From Patescibacteria group bacterium (lineage in GTDB: Bacteria; Patescibacteriota; Minisyncoccia; Minisyncoccales; Staskawiczbacteraceae): DNA of 64,000 bases. Numbering within the stretch: the stretch's first letter is position 1; each line of letters begins with the position of its first letter. The stretch covers positions 2,509 to 66,508 of the forward strand of contig JBBTQL010000011.1 in NCBI GenBank assembly GCA_038065715.1, in the 5' to 3' direction. Under the pieces are notes generated by a model that saw only the letters and a program-made list of their open reading frames with translations, did no database searches and had not been told where the DNA came from. Shown one piece after another: positions 42,263 to 52,555 of this stretch. A program made the position numbers and the translations under genes.

Positions 42263-43258
42263 TCATAATTTAATGATTTTTCCTTGCTTTTTTGCGCTTT
42301 CTCTTAATACAAAAATAACTTTAAGCGCAGCTAATCCGTCTTCTCCTGTACCAACTGGTTTTTTTTTATCATTAAGACAAATAACAATATGACTGACAAC
42401 AGAGCTGACTAAGCTCCTTGGCTTTCCTTTTTTCTCTGATTTTTCAGACAGCTGATAAAAACCTTTACAATATTTATTTTCAATTGATTTTTTATATTCA
42501 ATTTCAAAACCTAAATTTTTTATTGCAAAATATCCTTTTTCGCCGTAAAAATGAAAATCTGAAAGCCCGTAATTTTTAGGAAGAGTTTGCAATGTTGCCA
42601 GTGTTCCATTCTTAAATTTAATTACAGCGTCTATGTTGTCATCATCTTTTTTCCATGAAGTATGCGTATTTTTAAAGCCTTGCACCCAATCAATATCTCC
42701 CAAAAAAAACCTTAAAAGATCAATAACATGAGTTCCGCTGTTAAGCAGTCCGTTATAATAATAACAATTTACCTGCGCAATTTTTCCCAAAAGACCATTT
42801 TCAATTTTTTTCTGCCATTGCTGCAATAGTGGGTCAAACCTGCGCTGATGATTAATAAATAACAGCGACTTATTTTTTTTACACATTTCTATCATTTCTT
42901 TTGCTTGTTTTATTGTTTGTGCAATAGGCTTTTCGCAAAGTATTGCAGGAGTTTTATAGCTTGCAGCCAATTTTACTAAAGAAAAATGGGATTCAGAGTT
43001 TGCGGCAATTGAAACAATATCTGGCCTTATTTTTTCAAACATATCTTTTGCCGAATTAAATAAAAAGGCTCTAGGAAAATATTTCCCGGCAGCTTTTAAT
43101 TTTTCAGGGTTTATATCAACTAAAGCCGTTAAATCAGTTTTTAAATTTTTACTAAAGCAAGCAGCATGGGTTTCTGGGCTTAACTCTTTTGAAAAATTCC
43201 ACTCTTCTGCCCCGACTTTGCCACACCCAATTACTGCTGCTTTATATTTATTTTTCAT
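42263..43258 (-). CDS. Gfo/Idh/MocA-family oxidoreductase
   Basis: 331 aa. It has AAVIGCGKVG and CEKPIA. The length is typical for the family. Confidence 0.75.
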   Translation of the reverse strand: MKNKYKAAVIGCGKVGAEEWNFSKELSPETHAACFSKNLKTDLTALVDINPEKLKAAGKYFPRAFLFNSAKDMFEKIRPDIVSIAANSESHFSLVKLAASYKTPAILCEKPIAQTIKQAKEMIEMCKKNKSLLFINHQRRFDPLLQQWQKKIENGLLGKIAQVNCYYYNGLLNSGTHVIDLLRFFLGDIDWVQGFKNTHTSWKKDDDNIDAVIKFKNGTLATLQTLPKNYGLSDFHFYGEKGYFAIKNLGFEIEYKKSIENKYCKGFYQLSEKSEKKGKPRSLVSSVVSHIVICLNDKKKPVGTGEDGLAALKVIFVLRESAKKQGKIIKL

Positions 43259-43839
43259 GCTTTAAACCTTTTTGAATGGATTTTAGATAATTTTTTATAA
43301 TAATCGTCTCTTAAAACAGCCATTAAAACAGCATCATAATATTTGCTATTGCGATAAATATCCTGCTTTAAAGTTCCCTCAAAAACATAACCTGCTTTTT
43401 CATAAGCTTTACCGGCTGCCTTATTATCTGCAACATATCCCAATGAAATTCTATTAAGGTTTAGTCTGTCAAAACCGTAATAAGTAATTAATTCTGTAAT
43501 TTCAGTGCCATAGCCTTTGCCCCAAAAATCTTTTTCGCCTATTAAAACCCTAAACTCGGCTTTTCTGGCAGTTTGGTTAATGTCGTATAATCCTGCATAT
43601 CCTATTGGCTTTTGGGTTTTAATGTCTTTTGCCATAAATATTACATTTTCATGAGTCTCAAGTTCTTTTTTTATACTATCTGAAACTTGCTTTGAATTTT
43701 TTGGCTTCTGTCCCGTAAACATATAATATGTAACCTGCCCATTATTTATCCACCCTGAAATAACGCGCGAAAGTTCTGAAATTTCTTTCAGCTCAATTGG
43801 CTGTAAAATTATTCTTTCTGATTTTAAAAAATATTTCAT
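43255..43839 (-). CDS. GNAT-family N-acetyltransferase (RimJ/RimL-like; PseH-like role possible)
   Basis: 194 aa. It has the GNAT core, including WGKGYGTE. Confidence 0.75.
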   Translation of the reverse strand: MKYFLKSERIILQPIELKEISELSRVISGWINNGQVTYYMFTGQKPKNSKQVSDSIKKELETHENVIFMAKDIKTQKPIGYAGLYDINQTARKAEFRVLIGEKDFWGKGYGTEITELITYYGFDRLNLNRISLGYVADNKAAGKAYEKAGYVFEGTLKQDIYRNSKYYDAVLMAVLRDDYYKKLSKIHSKRFKA

Positions 43840-45650
43840 AGTCGTATGTTCTTTGAAAGAACAGTATTAATTCTATTTTTATTTATTTTTAAAATTTCAG
43901 GATTTTTTCTAAGAAAATTTAAAATATCTTTTTCATCAAAAACTCTTTTTTTATTGCCCAGCGCTTCAAAAATTTTTCTTATTAAAATAAGGTCTTCTTT
44001 GTAATCTAGGGTCAAGCGTATTGAAGAAAGATTAACCAGTTTTCTCATATTGAATATTTTAAACTTTCTAGGGTTTTTCATAATATAAGCAGCAAAGCAC
44101 TCACGGTCATAAATAAATTTAACTTCTTTATCTATTTTTTCAAAGGTTGACGCTGGTATTATGTCCATATCCAAACCGTGAGGAAAAGTTGGCGGAAAAG
44201 TGTTTGTTAAAAAATCAAACTTTTTAGGATTATTTCTATAAACAGCTACCATATTATCTACTATTTTTGGGTCAACTAAGGGACAATCGCCGGTTACCAA
44301 AACCATTGCGTCTGCATTAAGTTTTTTTATGGCACCATAATGCCTTGAAATTAAATCTTTTTCAGAGCCTCTATAATATTTCAAGCCTATTTTTTCAGCG
44401 TGTTTTGCCAAAATATCATTTTCTTTATTGTCTGCCGTTGATAAAATTATGTCATCAATTTCTTTGGCAGCTTTTAGCCTGCAAAACATACTTTCAATCA
44501 AACTTTTACCCGCAATTTTTAACAACGCCTTTCCTTTAAGGCGTTTAGATCCAATCCTTGCCTGAATACAAGCGACAATTTTCAATTTCTTTTTTTGATT
44601 TTTTTTAAGAATATCGTTTATAAAATTTATTACTTTTTGAGTAGAATTATTCTGAGTATATTTTTTAATTAATTTTAAATTTTTAGCTTTCGATTTCTGA
44701 AAAATTAATCTTTTTAAAGCCAGATAAAGATCTTCTTTTTTGTAAACTGGCAAAGATAAACCTAGCCTATTGCTTGCCAAGTAATCAATTTTTTTCTTTA
44801 AGCCGGGTTGATAACTCAATACCTTTTTACCAGCTAAAGCGGCTTCAAAAAGCACCACTGTGCTCATTCCAATGATTATTTCTGGATTTTTAACTGAATT
44901 TTCACCATATGGTTTTATATTTTTTTCTATTTTTAATTTTGATTTTTTGATTATTTTGTCAAATTTGTTTAATTTTTTAGCCCTAGGGTGAAAATCAATT
45001 ATAATTTTTTTATTTAAATCTATTTTTTCAATAGCCTCCACAATGTCGTAAAAAACCTTAACTTCGCTGAATTTAGTGGCGTTTTTATAATCTTTGGAGT
45101 CTTTTTTATATAACTCAGACATTGGCTGGCAAAAAAATGTTATTAAATTTTTGTCTGCTTTTTTGTTTAATTTTGTATCAAAAGAATCAAAAGACGGGTT
45201 TCCTGTAATAAAAATTTTATTTTTAGGAAAACCTTCTGCCTCCATTTCTTTTTTCATTATTTCATCTACGGCTAAAATATAATCTGGCAGATATTTAAAA
45301 TTTCTTTTTTCAGGGTCGCTAAAAGAAGGCGTGTAATCAGTCCAAAAATCAACTATGCTTATTGTCGGAATTCCTTTTTCTTTTGCCTCAAAAATTATCT
45401 TTTTTTCAATAGAATCTCCAAAACTGGTGCCTGTAAATATTAAATCGGCCCCAGAAATATCAAAAGATGTTTTATCGGCGTTTAAATATTTTATATTTTG
45501 TTTTTCTGCATAAATACAGGCATGTTTAGCTAAAATCACAGATACGTCAAACCTGGCGTCTTTTTCAAAACTTTTAATAACCGGGGCAATTGCATTAAAG
45601 CCACCCGGATCCTGGGCGGTAAAAATAATTTTATGCTTTTTTATTTTCAT
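43836..45650 (-). CDS. two-domain fusion: N-terminal GT-B/Rossmann-like domain of unresolved function + C-terminal SpsF/NeuA-type cytidylyltransferase
   Basis: 604 aa. The C-terminal half, IVACIQARIGSKRLKGKALLKIAGKSLIE...VTGDCPLVDP, is the CTP-transferase-3 (SpsF/FlmC) pattern. The N-terminal half of about 350 aa has an alternating beta-alpha character. Confidence 0.65.
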   Translation of the reverse strand: MKIKKHKIIFTAQDPGGFNAIAPVIKSFEKDARFDVSVILAKHACIYAEKQNIKYLNADKTSFDISGADLIFTGTSFGDSIEKKIIFEAKEKGIPTISIVDFWTDYTPSFSDPEKRNFKYLPDYILAVDEIMKKEMEAEGFPKNKIFITGNPSFDSFDTKLNKKADKNLITFFCQPMSELYKKDSKDYKNATKFSEVKVFYDIVEAIEKIDLNKKIIIDFHPRAKKLNKFDKIIKKSKLKIEKNIKPYGENSVKNPEIIIGMSTVVLFEAALAGKKVLSYQPGLKKKIDYLASNRLGLSLPVYKKEDLYLALKRLIFQKSKAKNLKLIKKYTQNNSTQKVINFINDILKKNQKKKLKIVACIQARIGSKRLKGKALLKIAGKSLIESMFCRLKAAKEIDDIILSTADNKENDILAKHAEKIGLKYYRGSEKDLISRHYGAIKKLNADAMVLVTGDCPLVDPKIVDNMVAVYRNNPKKFDFLTNTFPPTFPHGLDMDIIPASTFEKIDKEVKFIYDRECFAAYIMKNPRKFKIFNMRKLVNLSSIRLTLDYKEDLILIRKIFEALGNKKRVFDEKDILNFLRKNPEILKINKNRINTVLSKNIRL

Positions 45651-46935
45651 ATTCCCTTAACTCTTCAATATTTTGCCCAATTTTTTTTATAGCTTTAATA
45701 AATAAATCAATGTCTTTTTTTGTTTGAGGAGGTTGGCAAATTGCCGATTCTAAAAGCTCTCCTTCAGACATCCTTTCTGCAACAGGACAAATTCCTTTTT
45801 TATAGCTGATGTTGTGCGGATATTCATTTGAAATAAAAGGGAATTTAGAATTTGGATACATTTGCTGCTTTTGATAAATTGGCATTAAGTGGACTGGGTC
45901 TTCACAGGCGAGCACCATATCAAACCCCTCAGCTTGCATTGCTTTCATAAAAGTTAACCCTGTAATGCCAATTTTTTCTTCTAAAAATCTAAAACCATAC
46001 CCGTAATAAACATGCTTGCTATTTTTGAAAACCGAAGGGGGAATCAACCAATCAAACTGTAAAAGTTGTTTTGAAAGATAATCAGCAAGAATTATCCGAG
46101 GCTTGTTTAACCTGTCTAATTTTTTAACTTGTTCTATAGCAATTGCCGCCTGAATTTCTGTCATGCGTAAATTGTTTCCCAAAACCGGCTCAAAAAAAAA
46201 TTTATTTTTCTTTGATAAGTCGTTGATTACTGCCTCTCCATGATTTCTGATAAGCTGGGCTTTAAATGCATAATCTTTATTATTTGTAACCAGCATTCCG
46301 CCCTCCCCGCACTGTATCACTTTATGAACATTAAAACTAAAAATGCCAATATCTCCTATTGTTCCTGCAAATTTTCCCTTATAAGTGGCTCCCGGGGATT
46401 GTGAATTATCTTCAATAATTTTTAAATTATGTTTTTTTGCAATTTTTAATATGGGATCATAATCTGCCGAGCTTCCCAGTATATTAACAACCAAAATTGC
46501 TTTTGTCTTTTTTGTAATGTTTTTCTCAACGCTCTTTATATCAAGGCAATAGCTTTTTTCCTCAATATCGGCAAAAACCGGCAAAGCATTATTATATAAA
46601 ATAGCTGAAGCCGTTGCGCACATTGTGTAGGGCGAAGTAATAACTTCGTCTCCTGGGCCTATTCCCAAAGCCCCCACAGCTGCCTGTAGGGCAGTAGAAG
46701 CAGAATTAAAGCTGACTGCGTATTTTATCCTAAAATACTTGCAAAACCTTAATTCCAGCTCTTTTACATATTTGCCTCCCAAAAAATATTTGCCAGCTCT
46801 TCCCACAAATCCAGAAAGATTTTTTTCTTTCATTACTTTCTGCGCAGCCAACTGCTCTTCTCTGCCAATAGAGTTATAAGGGAGCCATATTTTTTTTGAA
46901 ATTGGCTTGCCGCCGAATAAAGCAAGTTTTTCCAT
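45631..46935 (-). CDS. DegT/DnrJ/EryC1/StrS-family sugar aminotransferase
   Basis: 434 aa. It has the PLP-lysine region FSFNVHKVIQCGEGG. Confidence 0.8.
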   Translation of the reverse strand: MEKLALFGGKPISKKIWLPYNSIGREEQLAAQKVMKEKNLSGFVGRAGKYFLGGKYVKELELRFCKYFRIKYAVSFNSASTALQAAVGALGIGPGDEVITSPYTMCATASAILYNNALPVFADIEEKSYCLDIKSVEKNITKKTKAILVVNILGSSADYDPILKIAKKHNLKIIEDNSQSPGATYKGKFAGTIGDIGIFSFNVHKVIQCGEGGMLVTNNKDYAFKAQLIRNHGEAVINDLSKKNKFFFEPVLGNNLRMTEIQAAIAIEQVKKLDRLNKPRIILADYLSKQLLQFDWLIPPSVFKNSKHVYYGYGFRFLEEKIGITGLTFMKAMQAEGFDMVLACEDPVHLMPIYQKQQMYPNSKFPFISNEYPHNISYKKGICPVAERMSEGELLESAICQPPQTKKDIDLFIKAIKKIGQNIEELREYENKKA

Positions 46936-46939
46936 ATTT

Positions 46940-47641
46940 TTATTTTTTTGTTCCGCTTTTAATAATATCTAAAGATTTATCTCCTTGATTAAAAATTAAA
47001 TCAACCACTGAAATATAAGGAATAAATTCTCCCCAAAGCTGAGGATATTCAGGATGCGTAAAATTCTGAAAATCTATTGAAATTCTCTCTTTTTCAAATA
47101 AAGATTCGTCAAATAATGTTTTACCGCCTCTAGGCTCATAAAATTCAGTTATTCCTAATTTCATGCATATATTTACTATTTTTTCTGTTTTTGCCATTCC
47201 TTCGTCATTAAGGTTCAGTTCTGATGAAAAAACAATATTTTTCTTTATGCCTAAAATATCGCAAATAAATTTTATTATCTCAACATTTAGATCTCTTAAT
47301 AAAAGATGTTTTTTAGAATAAATATTTTCAAAGTCTCTTCTATATTTTTCAAAATACGGTGCTCTTTTGTATGCTTGCTCTATGGATTTAAAATGTTTTT
47401 CTAAAAAATTTCCTGCCTCGTAAGATATTTTTATCTTGCAAATCGGTGTTTTTAACGGCATTTTTTGCACAGGCACATGTAAAAATATGGGTCCATTGGC
47501 TGTTTTAATCCTATTTTTCTGTTGCCAAGATTTCCTTTCAAACTGGACATGATCAAAAACAACATATATATCAGAAGAATTAATGAGTTCAAAATATCCC
47601 GACCATGGCAAATAAGTTGGCTGCAATATTACTCCTTTCAT
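46940..47641 (-). CDS. WbqC-like family protein
   Basis: 233 aa. It has ILQPTYLPWSGYF...FDHVQFERKSWQQKNRI and is a paralogue of 15539..16258. Confidence 0.7.
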   Translation of the reverse strand: MKGVILQPTYLPWSGYFELINSSDIYVVFDHVQFERKSWQQKNRIKTANGPIFLHVPVQKMPLKTPICKIKISYEAGNFLEKHFKSIEQAYKRAPYFEKYRRDFENIYSKKHLLLRDLNVEIIKFICDILGIKKNIVFSSELNLNDEGMAKTEKIVNICMKLGITEFYEPRGGKTLFDESLFEKERISIDFQNFTHPEYPQLWGEFIPYISVVDLIFNQGDKSLDIIKSGTKK

Positions 47642-48414
47642 ATATTTAAAAAATAATCTATATTTTTAATATCGTTTTCAAGCCCATTTTTTCCTTTTGG
47701 CGTTTCAAATGCCAAATATATATCTTTTTTTTCAGATAATTTAACCAATATATTTTTAATCCATTTAATATCAAACTCGCCATCAAACAAATCTAAATGC
47801 TCATCTTTGTCGTTATTTAATCTTCCGTTGCATATATGAAAATAATTAGGATTCAATTCTTCAATTAGCTTTTCAACAAATTCTTTATAATTTATTTTTT
47901 GGCTGATGGCGCTTTTTATTGCATGAGAAAAGTCAAAACAAAATTTAAATCCGCAATCTTTTATAAACTTTAACTGCTTGTAAGTTGAAGCATAACACGT
48001 TTTACTCTCTAAATTGACTTTGGGCAGATTTTCAATTAACATTCTGCTGTCTTTTATTTTTTCAATATTTCTTTTGAAATCTTCATTTGAATCTCCCTCA
48101 TCTGCATGCATTACTATAAACTTGCTATTCAAAAGGTCAGCTATTTTTATAATTTGGTTTTTGAAAAATTTTATTTTTTTATCGTCAAGTAAAAATACAT
48201 CAAAACCATGTTCCATATGCGTAGCATGAATTGTTATTGGTATTTTTTTAAAGTCTTTTAAAATAGAGTTGCCTGCCAAAGAATCTGGGACAATATACAG
48301 TTCTATAAAATCAATTTTTCCAGTCTGAAACAATTCAACGGCTTGTGAAAACAAATCTTTATTAGAAGACCAAATTTTTAAACCGCATTTTATATTATAT
48401 TCTTTGTTTGACAT
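47638..48414 (-). CDS. xylose-isomerase-like TIM-barrel protein (sugar phosphate isomerase/epimerase family)
   Basis: 258 aa. The pattern of His/Asp/Glu-containing strands (IHATHMEH, MHADEG, FCFDFSHA, HICNG) is typical of the AP-endonuclease-2/xylose-isomerase-like fold. Confidence 0.6.
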   Translation of the reverse strand: MSNKEYNIKCGLKIWSSNKDLFSQAVELFQTGKIDFIELYIVPDSLAGNSILKDFKKIPITIHATHMEHGFDVFLLDDKKIKFFKNQIIKIADLLNSKFIVMHADEGDSNEDFKRNIEKIKDSRMLIENLPKVNLESKTCYASTYKQLKFIKDCGFKFCFDFSHAIKSAISQKINYKEFVEKLIEELNPNYFHICNGRLNNDKDEHLDLFDGEFDIKWIKNILVKLSEKKDIYLAFETPKGKNGLENDIKNIDYFLNI

Positions 48415-49120
48415 TTTTATTTATGCTTATTAATTTTGGCCTTTTATCAAGATATTCAATTATTTCTTGAACAGACATATCTATTCTCGGCTTGAAATGA
48501 TTAAATATTTTTTTTACTAAAACAAGATCAAACGCTTCGTCTACACAAACCCTTAAGTCTGGACGAAAAAATTCGCTCGGAGCTTTTTCAATTTTTATTT
48601 CAAATAAACTAGGGTTGTTCGCAATAAAAGTCATTACATGTTCTTTATCTTTTGGGTTTTTAGCCAGTTTTGCGCTCTTTTCAAGAGATTTTTTAGAGAT
48701 TATCTCAATATCTCCTAATCCCCTAGGGTACCCTTCAACGAAAAAATAATCCGGTTTTTTTTCAAATTTAAGATATTTTTTGATGCTTTCATCAATCAAA
48801 TAAGGGTCAATAAGAGGGCAGTCTCCGGTAATCCTAATAACCGGGTCAATTTTAAATTTTTCTGCGGCCTCTAAAAATCTTAAAAGAACGTTATCTAAGC
48901 TTCCTTGATAAAAATTAACTTTATTATTTTTAATAACCGACAATAAAAGTGAACTTTTTTTAGTGTCTGGAATTGCCACTACTATCTTTTTTACCAACTT
49001 AGCTTTTTTTGCCCTTAAAATAACCATTTCCAGCAAATGTTTGCCCAATATTTTTTTGTTCATTTTTCCCGGCAATCTTTTTGATTCCATTCTTGCTTGT
49101 ATGATAATTCCTATGCTCAT
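48395..49120 (-). CDS. SpsF/NeuA-type cytidylyltransferase
   Basis: 241 aa. It has IIIQARMESKRLPGKMNKKILGKHLLE and ITGDCPLIDP. Confidence 0.75.
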   Translation of the reverse strand: MSIGIIIQARMESKRLPGKMNKKILGKHLLEMVILRAKKAKLVKKIVVAIPDTKKSSLLLSVIKNNKVNFYQGSLDNVLLRFLEAAEKFKIDPVIRITGDCPLIDPYLIDESIKKYLKFEKKPDYFFVEGYPRGLGDIEIISKKSLEKSAKLAKNPKDKEHVMTFIANNPSLFEIKIEKAPSEFFRPDLRVCVDEAFDLVLVKKIFNHFKPRIDMSVQEIIEYLDKRPKLISINKNVKQRI

Positions 49121-50223
49121 AAAATATTTTTTAATACTTTAATTAAATAATTTATTTCTTTATCAGTTAATGAAGGATATATAGGAAGAGCTATTAGTGA
49201 AGAAATCGCTTTTTTAGTATTTGGAAATAATTTATCGTCCATTTTTAAATATTGGTGAAGCGGAGGATATACTCCTCTGCCTATTTCTATGCCGTTTTTT
49301 GCCGCTTCTTTAATAACCTCTATTGGATTTTTTTCAATTTCAATTACATAGCGCCAAAAAATATTTTCTTTTGATAAATCAGGAAGTTGTGCTATACCTT
49401 TTAACAAGCGGCTATAAACTTTAGCTATGCTTTTTCTTTTATTAACAAACTGATTTAATTGGTTAAGCTGGCTAATTCCTAAATAGGCGTTTAAATCGCT
49501 AACTTTATAATTATATTGCACATTATAGCTTTCAGGTTTTTTAAGGCGCTGTTGTACTATTGTATTTTCATAATCGCCGAAAAATTTTGCTTTTCTATAT
49601 AAATTTTCAGAATCTGTTGCAAATACTCCGCCGTTTCCTGTAGTAATCATTTTTGAAAAATGCACAGAAAAAATTGATATTGCTCCATAACTACCCAATT
49701 TTTTGCCGAGATACTCTCCTCCTAAAGATTGAGTTGCATCTTCTATTACAGGAATTCCAAGTTTAATAATTTTTTCAATTTCCGCCGGAAAACCAAACAT
49801 ATGAGGAACAATTATTGCTTTTGTTTTTGAGCTGATTTTATTTTTTAAATCAAATAAAGAAATATTAAAATCGCCCTTTTCAACATTAAAATTACAATCA
49901 ACCAGTTTTGCTTCTGCTTTTACATAAGAAATAGCGTTTAGCAAGGCAACACAGGTGTATGATGAGCAGATAACTTCATCTTTTTCTTTAATATCTAATG
50001 CCAGTAAAGCTAAATGTAAAGCAGATGTTCCAGAATTAACAGCTATCGCATATTTCCTTCCAACATATTTTGCAAATTCATTTTCAAATTTTTCTGTGAT
50101 ATTCCCCGAAAAAAGATTAAAAATCGGCAGCTTTTTTAAGCTATTTTCATCTTTTTTAGTCAAAGTAGGCCTATTTAAAGGAATTATTATTGTTTTTTTC
50201 ATGAGTTTAATAAATGCGTCCAT
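49117..50223 (-). CDS. DegT-family aminotransferase (SpsC-like)
   Basis: 368 aa. It has the PLP-lysine region FSVHFSKMITTGNGG. Confidence 0.8.
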   Translation of the reverse strand: MDAFIKLMKKTIIIPLNRPTLTKKDENSLKKLPIFNLFSGNITEKFENEFAKYVGRKYAIAVNSGTSALHLALLALDIKEKDEVICSSYTCVALLNAISYVKAEAKLVDCNFNVEKGDFNISLFDLKNKISSKTKAIIVPHMFGFPAEIEKIIKLGIPVIEDATQSLGGEYLGKKLGSYGAISIFSVHFSKMITTGNGGVFATDSENLYRKAKFFGDYENTIVQQRLKKPESYNVQYNYKVSDLNAYLGISQLNQLNQFVNKRKSIAKVYSRLLKGIAQLPDLSKENIFWRYVIEIEKNPIEVIKEAAKNGIEIGRGVYPPLHQYLKMDDKLFPNTKKAISSLIALPIYPSLTDKEINYLIKVLKNIL

Positions 50224-51320
50224 TGAAGGCCATTATACTTTTTAATCGGCTTTACGGCCTTTTTTCCTAAAATTAAATTAAAATATCTTGGGTGAATTCC
50301 GGGATTTAAATATCTTTCAGCTCTTAAAACCGCTGTATTTTTTTTGTTCAATCTGTCTCCCTTTTTTATATCTTTAATTATAAAAATGCTTCTTTTATCT
50401 CCGGGGTAAATTTCTTTTTCTGAAGGAGCAATAATTTTTTGGCCGTTGCCTAAAATATTTTTATAAAAAGGCTTGCTGTTTAAAAATTTATCTCGCTTTT
50501 CTTTACTCCATTTTTCAACTTCTCTTATTTTTTTAACCATTAAAACTAATTCATCTGGATTTAAAGCGAAAGCATGATCTGCTCCCGATAACTTTTTATC
50601 TAAAGTAAAATGTTTTTCAATAATAGCAGCTCCTAAAATTGCAGCCAGTTCTGGAATAATAACAGGGTCTAAAGAATGGTCAGAAATGCCGACTGGAACC
50701 TGAAAATTATTTTGCAAGGTTTCTATTAGTTTTAAATTATATTCTTCGGGCGGAGCAGGATAACTGCTGACGCAGTGTAAAAGAATAATTTTTCGATTAT
50801 TTTCTTCATATATGGCTTCAATAGCCTCCTCAATATCTGACAATGTGCTTAACCCTGAAGAAATAATCATCGGCTTTTGTTTTTTAGCTATATACGACAA
50901 TAAGGGCAAGTGATTTAATTCAGGAGAAGCAATTTTGTAGGCCTTTATATTATTTTTTTCTAATTCATCTGCTGTTTCCTCGTCAAACGGACTGACAATA
51001 AAAATTAATCCTTTTTTTTCAGCATATTTTTTAAGTAAAGGAATCCATTTAAAAGGCATTTCAGACTGCTCAAAAAATTTATACAAATCAAGCTTTCCTC
51101 TAAGAGTCGGAATTTTTCCGCAATTTGGGGTATAAACTTTTGAAGCTTTAAAAAGCTGAAATTTTACTGCATCTGCTTTTGCTTCTGCCGCAATATCTAT
51201 TAATTTTTTTGCCTGCTCAAAACTGCCATCGTGATTAGACCCGGCTTCAGCAATAATAAAAACCGGATGCCCCTGTCCTATTTCCCTGTTTCCAATTTTA
51301 AAATTATTTCCTTTGCTCAT
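50199..51320 (-). CDS. nonulosonic acid synthase (NeuB/SpsE/PseI/LegI family)
   Basis: 373 aa. It has PVFIIAEAGSNHDGSFEQAKKLIDIAAEAKADAVKFQ, SPFD, KIASPE and a C-terminal SAF-like tail. Confidence 0.8.
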   Translation of the reverse strand: MSKGNNFKIGNREIGQGHPVFIIAEAGSNHDGSFEQAKKLIDIAAEAKADAVKFQLFKASKVYTPNCGKIPTLRGKLDLYKFFEQSEMPFKWIPLLKKYAEKKGLIFIVSPFDEETADELEKNNIKAYKIASPELNHLPLLSYIAKKQKPMIISSGLSTLSDIEEAIEAIYEENNRKIILLHCVSSYPAPPEEYNLKLIETLQNNFQVPVGISDHSLDPVIIPELAAILGAAIIEKHFTLDKKLSGADHAFALNPDELVLMVKKIREVEKWSKEKRDKFLNSKPFYKNILGNGQKIIAPSEKEIYPGDKRSIFIIKDIKKGDRLNKKNTAVLRAERYLNPGIHPRYFNLILGKKAVKPIKKYNGLQWTHLLNS

Positions 51321-52555
51321 TTTGTCTTAATAAGATTTACTTTTTTTAATTTATTTACAAAACTTAAAACGTCAATAAAATCCATATCTAATTTTTCTGC
51401 AATGTCAAAAATGGTTTTGTCGCCCTCAAGTGATAACATTATTTTTTCCATATTTTGGTTTAATTCCAAATTTTTTCTCCAATCAACCCATAAGCCGTAA
51501 CCGGATAAAAATATAGGGCCCTTAAAATTTCTTTTTGGCGTAAAATCTTTATCAATAATATCTAATATTTCTAAAACTAAATCCTTGGATTCTTCCAACC
51601 TTTTTTCTGATATAATGCTAAGGTTGTCATCTGATGTATGATATTCTGGATAAGGGTATCTGCTGATTGAAATCATCGGAATATTCACGCCTGGCCCATT
51701 AAACACCATTTCATCGTTTGCCACAATTGTTCTAAACTGTCCCTCTTTAAATTTTTTAAATTTTCTTTTCATTACATGCCTTGCAACTCTGTCTATCTTT
51801 GTATCTCCCTGTCTTGATAACTGCAAAGCATGAACGTTGTTATTACCCAGCATTTCAAGAAAAACCCCGTATTCAATTTTAGGAATTAAATCTTCATTTT
51901 GGCTTAGATAAGCTATTGAGCCAATAGTTTCAGAAACAAATAAAAATTTATAAGTATAATAGTTTTTTTTCTTAAATATTTCTTTAGCAACGCCAGTTAA
52001 TACTGCAACTCCAGTTAAGTCATCGTTCGCTTGAGCAGGGTGGCAAAGATGGGCAGCCAAAACAATTGTTTTATCGGTTTTGCCTTTTATCGTGCACTCT
52101 CCAACCTCTAAATTTCCTTTTTCAAATTTAGAATCAATAAAAACCTTATATTTTTCTTTGTTAAATTCTTTAAGCCTGTTGTTTTGAATGCAAAATCCCC
52201 AGTCTCTTTGGTAATATTTAAATTCAAAAGGAATGGCATTGGGCCTTTCTTTGCTTGTATGCAAATGCTTTAAAAGCTCTTTTCTGCTTACAGTTTTATT
52301 AATTGGCAAAGAATAAGAAACAATATGCAAAGGGTGGTTTTTTAAATCAAGCATTCTTTTTCCAGACATATCTTCTATATATGCATCATTTACTGACCAT
52401 TTTTCAGGGACAACCCATGTCCAGCATTTTGTTCCTGTGGGAATTTTATGTATTTTTAAAGGAATTATCTTTGAAATATATTCCAAAGATTCGCTGAATC
52501 CGTCAGAAATTATATCTCTTCGTTTTAACCACAAATTGTTAATCAATTTTATCAT
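51317..52555 (-). CDS. aminopeptidase-like domain protein (DUF2172/DUF4910 type)
   Basis: 412 aa. The N-terminus has the DGFSESLEYISKIIPLKIHKIPTGTKCWTWVVPEKW pattern, and the C-terminus has a winged-helix-like tail. As I recall, this family is common in glycan loci. Confidence 0.6.
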   Translation of the reverse strand: MIKLINNLWLKRRDIISDGFSESLEYISKIIPLKIHKIPTGTKCWTWVVPEKWSVNDAYIEDMSGKRMLDLKNHPLHIVSYSLPINKTVSRKELLKHLHTSKERPNAIPFEFKYYQRDWGFCIQNNRLKEFNKEKYKVFIDSKFEKGNLEVGECTIKGKTDKTIVLAAHLCHPAQANDDLTGVAVLTGVAKEIFKKKNYYTYKFLFVSETIGSIAYLSQNEDLIPKIEYGVFLEMLGNNNVHALQLSRQGDTKIDRVARHVMKRKFKKFKEGQFRTIVANDEMVFNGPGVNIPMISISRYPYPEYHTSDDNLSIISEKRLEESKDLVLEILDIIDKDFTPKRNFKGPIFLSGYGLWVDWRKNLELNQNMEKIMLSLEGDKTIFDIAEKLDMDFIDVLSFVNKLKKVNLIKTK

